The notes beneath the pieces are model-generated. The model was given only the letters and a program-made list of their open reading frames with translations. It did not search any database and was not told the origin of the DNA. The position numbers and the translations under genes are program-made. 37,776 bases of DNA from Lenisia limosa (lineage: Eukaryota; Protista; Breviatea). The stretch spans positions 1 to 37,776 of the forward strand of contig LPNZ01010094.1 in NCBI GenBank assembly GCA_001655205.1, given 5' to 3'. Shown piece by piece: positions 13,301 to 24,000 of this stretch (position 1 is its first letter; each line of letters starts with the position of its first letter).

Positions 13301-14503
13301 ATTGCATATACTAATACCATGATGCGTTCCTTTCTTTACCTCCACAGTTCCACGAAGCACCTTGGGAAAACCGCCCTTCTTGCAGTTGCTGCCGGCTTCC
13401 TTGAAATGCTCATCTGCATCAAGTTCTTCCCTCACACTAAGTTCCCCGAAAGCCCATTCGAGACGTTGGTGGATAGTATTCAAGAAAAGCTATAGCTTAG
13501 CCGGGAATTCTCATCAGTAAGATACCAAATACCCCCNNNNNNNNNNNNNNNNNNNNNNNNNNNNNNNNNNNNNNNNNNNNNNNNNNNNNNNNNNNNNNNN
13601 NNNNNNNNNNNNNNNNNNNNNNNNNNNNNNNNNNNNNNNNNNNNNNNNNNNNNNNNAACTTGTTCTGGCGTCCCTCCTCCTTGCAGCCATTGTCCTGCCC
13701 TTCGTGTTCCTTTTCGTGTTCCCAGGCAGACGAAACCGCAAGTCCTATGACGTCGAGGTCACACCTGAGCTCCCCACGAAGGTAATTTACCCGTTACACT
13801 GATACATATATATACTCTATCCTTTTTCTTGTGCAATGGTTTTGATTTATGCCCATCTTCCTTCACCATTCTAGCCCAAACACGCTGCCATCAAGGCACT
13901 CAAGAAGCCCAAGGATGACGAGTAGGGGTGGCACTCGGATCAGTGTTACCATTTCAGAGAGGGGGGTTGTAGACCGAAGTGTAACCATCTACCATGATAA
14001 CCATGCCATTTCCCCTATCATCTACCATGATTCACGGCTGCAGTGAAGAGTCTGTTGTTGATCCCGAGGAGTCCAGTGTTGTCGCTCCCTTCACCCCTCG
14101 TAGAATGGCCACAAGGTGGGAGAATGGTACAAAACTGAATGTGGAGGGGAGAAGTTTATCGGAATAGGCACCAAAAGCTAATCTAAGTTTTTTTTTTAGT
14201 TTTTTTTTTTAGATTATTTTTTGTTGTTGTTGGGGGGGGGGGTNNNNNNNNNNNNNNNNNNNNNNNNNNNNNNNNNNNNNNNNNNNNNNNNNNNNNNNNN
14301 NNNNNNNNNNNNNNNNNNNNNNNNNNNNNNNNNNNNNNNNNNNNNNNNNNNNNNNNNNNNNNNNNNNNNNNNNNNNNNNNNNNNNNNNNNNNNNNNNNNN
14401 NNNNNNNNNNNNNNNNNNNNNNNNNNNNNNNNNNNNNNNNNNNGTGACTGGCACCCCCGCCCGGGTTACTCGTCGCTCCGCCGCCACCGCCCCCAAACTC
14501 TAA
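10344..14503 (+). CDS. PTDSS: Phosphatidylserine synthase, base-exchange (PSS/PTDSS) family
   Basis: Spliced peptides: MKTYAKKGEISFFQD|PHHLSVLIVTLLGFAAYAL, FVRPHSAFWK, DHDYATNC, DPFFFAHLFGWFAKALMIRD, SWEILEL..LINFRECW|WDHIIIDVLLCNTGGIL, KRALQQFSPE, MIDMNAFFLK|FILWIP..RLFLWGAIAAPAIREYHLYIND, HLGKTALL..LEMLICIKF. These are the conserved PSS-family motifs. The charged Pro-rich tail ends TAPKL* at 14503. One or two exon edges lie in N gaps. Confidence 0.93.
12064..12135. repeat. CT-rich microsatellite in a PSS intron
   Basis: Run of TCTCCCTTTC and TCTCTTTC units. Confidence 0.8.
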
Positions 14504-14659
14504 ACCTGCGTACTAGATAGATTGCCCAGGTCTTCTTGGCTTTGGGATATTACGTATTATAATAAATTACATAACAAATTGACCAAAACTAGTCAATTTT
14601 GGCCCATACTCTCACGCGGTGTGAGGAGACTTTGGCACAATTAGCCTGACAGCAGATCA

Positions 14660-17537
14660 TTACATTGGGGTCGGTGGCATAGTGGCTTGTCGAAATACTG
14701 AAGGATGAGGGTGGAGCGAGTGGACATCATGAATAAGGACAAAAGCCCCTGTACAATAACCCGGGTAGGCCCTCAATAAATCACGGAAGGAGAAGTAACA
14801 TAAAATGATAATCATTTTGCAAAACTTATCATATCGATATGACATCACTACATGATGCTATTGATATTTTAATAAAACGAGAACAAAATTTACTTATCCG
14901 CATTGCTTACATATTATTACTCTCTCCAGAAGTTGATACGTCGGCCGCACAGACACCAAAACCTGCATAATGCCCAGTAGCTCCCTTGATGGTCAAAACG
15001 GCTATCATTGTTACGATCAGAAATACTTCAAAGCCAAAAGAAACCTGCCTACAGTGCTTTGTCCACACATATACGAGCCACTTCTTCCATAAACCCCAGT
15101 TTCTCCAAGAACAAATCTTCTGTTTGTATCATACGGGCTGTAGAGTCCAGGTAATATGCTGGTAAGTGCTATACAGTTACTCAAGATTCAAAGGCAATAA
15201 GAATTGATATAGGAAAAAATTTGGTTATGGAATTGCAAATACTTCATCAATTTAGAAATGACTTGAGGTAAACATACCTGGCATATCTTCACTGTGAGAA
15301 GTAGACCAAGTGGAAGCCACAATCTGACATGCCCCCCACTAGCTAGGGGCATGAAAGAGCAGTGTGATTAGTGGGGGGCATGAAAGAGCAGTGTGATTAC
15401 TATTGTCACAACTCTTGAGTGTTAATGCTCTTTGAACCCGTATTGACTATGTTGTGTTCATAAAAGTCCAAGAGGAGCGCCCACTCACTGCCACTATTGT
15501 GCCCATAAAAATCTCCAAGAAGCACATAGCCGTCAGACCCGCAATACCCTGAACTAAGTCAGGAATGTTTGAAGAATTAATGGGGAAAATATACCCAGAA
15601 TATTTCATGTCATACCTCAATGAGTATATCATATCCAATAAAATACAGGGGTTTGGTATATACTCCTTCTGGGACCGAAGTGAATCCCAAAGCAAGCCCC
15701 AAGTAAGAAAACAAAAGAAACACTATCTTACATTCCTCATTAGACTCAAGAACGTAAACACTAGCGCCGTTACTAGGCCCCAAAATAGAGCACTGAGCTG
15801 AATAATAAGGTGATGGTCAATGAAATCCAAACAAAGAGAATTCATCAATTTTCCGATATCTTTGCTCACCAGTTTTGCATTGAGGAATGGACGACCATCT
15901 ATCAACAGAATTACATGTCACATTCTGAAATGTCAAAGAAAAGTTCAATACTCCCCATAATACACTAATTTCTAACAATAGACGGTTGTGTCCTACCCAG
16001 ACCACTCGATGATGGCAATTATGTCAAAAGTCAAATACATACAGACTGAAAAATACATTTATTTATTATGTACAAATTGATATAGAATACTATGTAATTG
16101 TGGGGAAGAGTATTTATGTTTGAAGAACATATTGTTATCTAAATCTTTTGTATTTTGCACAGCTGAATTTGAAAAATGTTTGCTGTCTTGATGATACAGC
16201 GAACCGACAAAATATGGAGGGGCTTTTGGGAATGTAAGTTGGTTTTTTATTCATATGTAGTGGAAGCACATGTCATACTAAACATTTTCGTAAACAATGA
16301 AAAACCATTGGTATGAACCTTATATATTTTGGTATTGTTCATGACTTCAACGGAGTTAGGAAACGCATGGACAATTTAAGATTTTTTAAAATGTTTTCTG
16401 TAACAATTTACATGTATTATGAAATGAAAAATAAACAATAATGCTGTTAAACCTACTGTCTTCAGGCTTCTCACAACAATTTTACTCCACAAAACTTTCG
16501 GGAGGACACAATGAAAATGCTTCAGTAACGAAACAACGTAAGTGTTAATTCCTTACTTATTGAGTTGCTATTATATTAATATGCAATCTTCTTAATTTAC
16601 CATTTGGTCTACCTTGTGCCTCTTACGCTTAACATAACAACAACATCCACCATTCCCACCGTAACTACTGGAACTCCAATTGAACACTCCACCTGAAACG
16701 TCAAAAAACAAATTATACGAGAAGATCCTTTCCATCGAAGTCCTTCAAGCTCACCGTACATGCTCCGCCATTATTGGTATAGAAATCAGCGTCACACGTT
16801 ACTTCGGCGTTCTTCCCCATTGTGAGGGGTTTCACCCTGCAGTCGGTTGCCATCTTGGTTGTTAACCTCTTGGTTCCGGCTGTTATTGTATCAATAGTGT
16901 ACAGAAGAAAAATGGACAAAGTTTACATACCATTACCGTATCATGTGGAAAAACAGGGGGAAAGGCTCCTAAAAATCGCCCATTGTTTTGCCTTTGACCA
17001 AGACACAATGAAACCAGATATTTACTTTTGTTAGAATTAAAAAGTTAAATTTCCCCACGCAAACAGAAAATTTCTGAACGTAGGTAGCATCAGCATAGGC
17101 CTTTGTCATTACATCTTGCGGGGAAATCTGCACATACAAATTAAAATATCATACCAGGAATTTCCAGAAGTAAATGAGAGATAAAAGGAGCTGTGACGCT
17201 CTCATAATAATAACGAGTAATGATACCAACGTGAAAAGATGTAGCACAAATACACAACACTTACAGGATCAACTGCCTGGGTTCCTGGCGGTAATCTAAA
17301 AACATTAGCATACTGGCTGTTCACTTTTTTTGATAGCATCATTTATCAAAAAAAAAAAAAAAAANNNNNNNNNNNNNNNNNNNNNNNNNNNNNNNNNNNN
17401 NNNNNNNNNNNNNNNNNNNGTCGATGGTCCGTTCACTCTCGTCAGAAGCGAAGGAAGATGCAGATGAATAATATCGATGGACGCTTACATTGGTGCAAAA
17501 GCTGCAGAAAGGCAAAGAAGAAGGCAACCTTCATCAT
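14660..17537 (-). CDS. Uncharacterised multi-exon protein, probable signal peptide and C-proximal TM segments
   Basis: First exon MMKVAFFFAFLQLLHQ|GTAAGC. Internal hydrophobic exons LSALFWGLVTALVFTFLSLMRN and GIAGLTAMCFLEIFMGTIVA|IVASTWS. The last exons splice cleanly to AYYLDSTARMIQTEDLFLEKLGFMEEVA|RELLGIMQVLVSVRPTYQLLE|RAFVLIHDVHSLHPHPSVFRQATMPPTPM* (stop 14662-14660). Middle exons are only partly resolved. Confidence 0.55.
15328..15399. repeat. Combined 14-bp inverted repeat and 24-bp direct repeat in an intron
   Basis: CATGCCCCCCACTA (15328-15341) / TAGTGGGGGGCATG (15369-15382). GGGCATGAAAGAGCAGTGTGATTA occurs twice in tandem. Confidence 0.8.
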
Positions 17538-18007
17538 AATAAGGAATTTCGAGAGCAAGTTATCAGATTTCTCTCTTTCTCAACTTTCTCAGCTTTGATT
17601 TCTGGATTTCTGATGATTACAACACTTTTATTTCAAGATATTAATAAAAATAATGAAGAATCTGTCAACATGACTTCCAAAATTGTGGGGATGCAATCAT
17701 CTTTTTATTCATTCGTGGTCATAAGTACTCCTTCCCTACCCCTGAGCCCCTGAGCCTTTTTTTTTCTATATGATATATACAAGTACATTCTTATATATTC
17801 CCTTATGAAAACATTCAATTGACATTCAAAATAACAACAAGCGTGTCATAATAATGATTTCGGTACACCATACATTATTAAGAAAAGAAAACTGGAAAAT
17901 AAAATACTAAGACCTAATAAAACACATAAGACTACAGAAAAGAAAACTACTACGACCACATATCAGAGCTGGCCTCATAATTGGGCGTTACGATGCCTCC
18001 TGGCAGC

Positions 18008-21000
18008 TCATAAGCTGCCCGGTGCTGTTCGGGAAGGGGGGAGATTGGGGACATCAACGATGTCTCTGCCGTTCTGTGACCGGGTTAGCCGTGGCACATC
18101 TTCCCGAATATTGGACTCCTTCCGTATTGACCCCCAGGCAAATAGAACAGAATGAGTGCAGGTTAATTTAAATAAGGAAGCAAAACAAAAAGAGTATCTC
18201 GCATGTTGCCCCCCCCCCACATTATACTCAACTTCCCTTTTGGTGCATGTTGCGGCCCGTTGACACTCGAACTTGGGGGGTACGGTCGTGTCTGGATGGG
18301 CGGAAGAACAGGCTTCCTCTTGATCCTAAAAGTGTGAGATTCCTTAACAGAAATGTCATCAAATGAATTGCCGTACAATAGCACAATGAGAGAAAAGAGG
18401 CCTACGTGTTGTCGTTGGAATATGAGGATTCGTTCTCTAGTTCATCGCCAAATGCCATTCCACCCGTTGATGCATTGGGCTGTGGAGGGTGAGAGTAGTG
18501 CTACAAACAGTGGACTATTTGAAAGCTAACATTTTGCTTGGTTTCAAACAGCATGGCTTTAGAAATCTAAGAAAGAACACTCAAAATATTCCACTGAGTC
18601 AAACCTGGGAATGTGTCCTTCGGGGTTTGTTTTCCGGCTAAAAGGTGAGGACGACCACACTCATAATGCAACATGATGAACAGCTAAAGCGACTTTATTA
18701 CTCCTGCTTTTATAATTGAAAAAGATTACCCCTCACTCCCTTCACCCAATATCTACACCACATGGAAAACACCCCTTACCCTGAAGGAAACTTCAGCTGA
18801 GACTGTTGAAACGTCAATGGGCCTATAATCATCAGTATGGCTTAGATTCGGAATAAGTAGGTACAGATTTGAATTCTNNNNNNNNNNNNNNNNNNNNNNN
18901 NNNNNNNNNNNNNNNNNNNNNNNNNNNNNNNNNNNNNNNNNNNNNNNNNNNNNNNNNNNNNNNNNNNNNNNNNNNNNNNNNNNNNNNNNNNNNNNNNNNN
19001 NNNNNNNNNNNNNNNACGTCGGCTGAGGAGAGTGGTAAAGCCAAGGAACATTTTGATTAAAAAAATTACTCATGAAAATGGGAATTACTTTGAAAAAAAC
19101 ACACCCAATACAGTGTGTAAACCATGCTTGTTGAGAGGATAGAAAATAAATATTTGTAACACTACGAATGAAGGCTGGTAAATCCCGGGTACCAGGGGCT
19201 CTTTCCTTCGTTGTTTGATAGCCCCACAGAGAGAGAACTCGATTAATAGTCCGCCTCCACCATTGATCGATAAATCCTGAGGGGAGTATTAATTGTCGTT
19301 GGAGTGGGGGTCCAGAATGAATGTTACCAAAGACATAAACAACTAAGAAAAAAAAATGGATGAAATATCATGCTTGATCTGAGATATATGTTATGCATAT
19401 ACTCTATTCATCCACATTTTGCTTTTTCATATCCTGAAAACATCAATGTTTCCAACCTTGGTGCTTTGACTACACGTGACTTCCGTCACAGCGTAGTTTG
19501 TTTGGATGATGCGGTTGCACGTGTCAACAGTGTCTGAAACAATAAGAAAGAAAACATTTATGCTATGATATACAGCGTATGCGCCATGAAATACATTTAC
19601 TTTATCAGACACCACATACCACCAAAAAGACTGTAACGGTTCTGAAGGTCACCAACAAGGGCAGCAACGACAGGCCCCGAGTGGACCGCAATAACCAGTG
19701 AGATTGGGATGTTCTGATAGGTGAGTTTGATGTGGATGAAAATTTAGAAAAATACTGAACATCATATAATCAAGAAGCAATATTAGGACAGTTCTATCAG
19801 TTGATGGGGGTATCCTCAGAATACCTTGAACTGGAAGAGAGCGATTTCCTCAAATGCATTGATTGCTAACACCAGAGCCTAGGAAGAACGTTAGGCAAAA
19901 ACAGGTACCTCGTAATGTGTATAAGTGCATGCGTGTGGTGGGGAAATGAAGCTTTTTGGTGAGTCAATACAAGTTTTAAAACTGGTTTTGCTATTTGCTT
20001 TTGTTGTTAAAGCAAAAGGAGTTCAAGAACTATACAAACTAGCTACATGGTTTCCTACATTTGTTGCTATCGGGTTTGGAGTGTCGTTGTTCACGTCTTT
20101 GCTGAGACCTCCAACCATCAAAAAGGAATCTGGGGAAGTAAGGGGAGGGGCGGAGGAAACGCAGCAACTGAGGATTTACCAAGCCATAACCTGCTCAAAA
20201 AAGGAATATATACTACAAATCCCATAATTCTTGAAAAATAATTCAATACTTCTTGCCTCTGCAGCATACTTCCAACAGTGTCTGGCTTGAAAAGGTCGTG
20301 TTGATGAGCCAGCCGTGAGAACACACTAAAACAGTGAATGACTGGTCTCCATTTTTTGTGCTTATACAAGCTCAAGAAGCCGCGCTGCTAAAACACACGA
20401 GCTCTCACTTTGATATTCGTCCGAGTAGATCCGAGAGATCCACCGGCGAAAGCGTCAGTGTGATTTCCTCGAAATTGCGCATAACCTGTTGAAAGTCAAT
20501 TGCGATAATGGAATATTGTACCAATCTACTAAGAGAGCACGCGGGTTGAACAAAGTCCGGTCACTGCCACATTCCCCTCCCCCCACAGCGTTGACAATAG
20601 TGGCAGAGGAGAAGGTTTCAGGTTCAACCGTTTTGCCGCTCTGAGGGGGTGAGGGAAGGTTTACCCTTATTTATCAGATGTGGAAATGAAAAATTAATAA
20701 CTGCTTGTTTGAGATTAAGGCAAGATTCAAGATGTGCTTGTGTTTCTCAACTCCTTCATCAGGTAGAGTAATTCCGCTATTTGGTTACTCACCTGCAGTG
20801 CCTCTTGCACAGAAATTGGTATTGATGGCTCAATGGCAAGCTGAAAGAGTGAGTGATAGATATTGCAAGAATAAGTTGAAACACAAGACACCTTCAGTTA
20901 TGCCCACTTGGTACATATTCTCTTCGGGAGTTGAGACGTCTTGAAGAATGTACTCTAACCGCTCAATGATCTCAGGCCTGCACAGTATGACATTAGGTAT

Positions 21001-24000
21001 TTTAAAACACTCATCCTCTCTGGCAATACAAATTGCTACGACACCCCCCACCATAGAGGGCGCCTTAACGGGTTTTCAGCCCAGCATTCGACAAACAACG
21101 ACACAAGTCCGACGGGAATGTCGTGGTTCAAAGGGATGACGGGACGAAGCTGTTTGGGAGTCAAAAATATAACAAGAATCCTGAACATGCAAGAAAGACA
21201 GAAACGGCTACACCACTCAGAGGAGTTGTATAATATATGGAATTTGGAAATAGTCGATGTGTCGATTTCTGGTTCGATAATAGTACCCCCACCGGTTCCA
21301 AACAAGGCGTAGTAACAGCGCGCATAATATCGCGTCCACGCATGTTGGCGTAAGGGCGGTGGCGCGTGGCAAGCTCCCAAAGAACTAGGGGGGGGGGNNN
21401 NNNNNNNNNNNNNNNNNNNNNNNNNNNNNNNNNNNNNNNNNNNNNNNNNNNNNNGCTTGTGAATGGAGTGTGTCAGAAGAGGCAATAGTAGCACCGTTCT
21501 CATACCTATTCCGAAGGAGTAAATGTCGGACTCAACAGTGTGTGGATGCCCCTTCAGAACTTCCGGCGACGCCCAGGGTATTGTGGCTACCTGGGGGGTG
21601 ACAATCCCAACAACAATAGATTAAAACAGAAGGAGTCAGCAAAAGGAGGATAATAGAAAGAGCTACGTTTAAAAGCTCTCAACACAATTGACCCGAACCT
21701 TTCGTTGCTTCTTGTCGGACACCACACCCTCAGCAACATTGAAATCCGAAACCTGAAGCATGAAACATCAACCTGCCAAAACGACCATTCCTATCTTGGT
21801 TTGAGAGCACACCTTCAGGGTGAAACCCGAGTCAATCAGCATGTTGAGACTCTTGATGTCCCTGTGGATAATCTGGGGGGTGCATCCATGCAGACATGAG
21901 ATTCCGCGGGCAGCATCAAGAGCAAGGTTGAGTCTAAGGGGCCATGGGAGGTCCACCTAAATATTAGTTTGGATAGCCATATCCAATACTGCATATTACT
22001 ATTGTCACTAGCGGGGTACTACATATGAGAATGAAAAAGATGGAATTAGCTTGAAACTCGTTTTAAATCGCCCTCAAACAGTTGGGTTTGCAAGCAAGTG
22101 GTAAAGGGACCCCTTCTCCATCAGTTCCAGCACGATGCATCTGGAGCATAAGAGCAACCCGTAGTACAGAGAAAATATGAACAAGACGTTCAGCATTAAA
22201 TCTTAATGATTCAAATGTTACGTCTTGGGATTGCAAAGAAAATGTACCAGTCATTCCGACCTCTCGCTCGAAGGCAATGTGCAGGCTCCATGGAACATAA
22301 CAATGTTGCGATGCCTAACGAGTAAATTCCGTTTGAGAAGGATGAACTGGGCAAAGTTACTCCACAAAAAACCCTAAAACTATGGTAGAACAGCCCTCAC
22401 ACCTGAGGCGGAACAAAGTAGCACATTCCCGTCTGAAGGCTGCCTCCAATTGTGCTGCCACACTCCTGCTGTGTCAGGAATGTTCACATTTATCAGTTTC
22501 GGAACAAATCTACAAAAAAAAACACTTCAANNNNNNNNNNNNNNNNNNNNNNNNNNNNNNNNNNNNNNNNNNNNNNNNNNNNNNNNNNNNAAGTTCGACG
22601 ACGGCTCACTATACGACCGGTCTGGATGGTGAGAATCTGACTACATGACAAGATATACACATTAGATTCATCATATATATATGTATATTATTATGTACAT
22701 GAAGTATTATATTTTACATCATATCTATCTATGTATGTAGTGTAATAGTGGTGAAATAGCAGTTAATTATGCCCCCACTTGGTCCAAATGTCTGGTTCGT
22801 CATCAGCAGCGACGCTGGGGCAATAGAAACTAAGGTGTTAGCTTGAAGAGGTATCAAAATTCCATTCCTCCTAAACTCTGAATCAGAGTTCGTTCCAAAC
22901 AAAGCCCAAATTAATAAATAAGATGATAAAGTGTTACAGGCCACCATACAAATCATATAACGCAACCAATTACAAAGTGGTGTATTAAAAAATCCTATAC
23001 TATATCATATATCATATGATATATTTCACTCATTATGCAGGGAATGGGATTGGAGCTCACATGGCGGTTTTTGATTGAGGTTGTAGGCGAGGGCGTGTGG
23101 CTGATTGGCTGTGGGGGTCCGACGTTCGGTAGTCGGCGCTGTGGTGAGTGAATCGACATCAAATTTGCATTCTCCAATGTAGCAAGTCGCACATTAAATA
23201 CAGAACCACGTAATAATCATCCCAATTAATTGAACTTTTTCCTGGGTTATAAGAAAGAAAAAAATCCGGGGGAAGCTCTTTAGTTCACCAGCATATGTTT
23301 CTCTTCCTCGTACATTTATCTGTGCTGACATGCTCCAGTCCAATTCCCTCCTCAACATCATACTCATGATTGCGGTCACTCTGGGTGAGGGGGGGTTGGA
23401 GACAATAGATACAACAGTTAATGCTCATCAATGGCGAAGGCATTCGATTAGTACGATGACAATTTCCCCCCGACATACACTGTGGGTTGGTTCCTGGGGG
23501 CTTTCTTTGAGCTGACCTGACGGAGCAGAGCTTAACTATGGTGTCAGGAGGTAAAAGCAAACAAAAACGGGCAAATACAAAACAAAGACGGGGGCAGGGG
23601 TGGGGGGGTGAAGAGAAAACGCAACTCTTGGTAACACCGCCTACAACAGATCCGGACTTTCTCTGGTGTCGGCTGAACATCACACTAAATATGTGAGAAC
23701 CTGTTTCATACTTGCCACAATCGGTCTCCGATACAACCACGGCCCACTTGAAAGGATGGGTAGTGGAGTCTTTGGTAAAGACTTTGACTGCAACTGGTGT
23801 TCCCTGAAGCATCACGAGGTGAAAAGAAGAAGCTCAGAGTATATGATACATACAATATAATAAAAAAATATAATATAATATAATATAATACATAATACAT
23901 AATATATACTATAGAAATAAAAAATGAGGTAGTATCTGGCCGAAGCCCTCAACACCATCACGCTTACAAGAGATATTGGAGTATAGATTAATATGAATTC

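Noticed and set aside
6743-14503. NPL and PSS as a functional gene cluster
   Set aside because: The pathways are unrelated (sialic acid catabolism versus phospholipid synthesis); adjacency in a compact genome is sufficient explanation.
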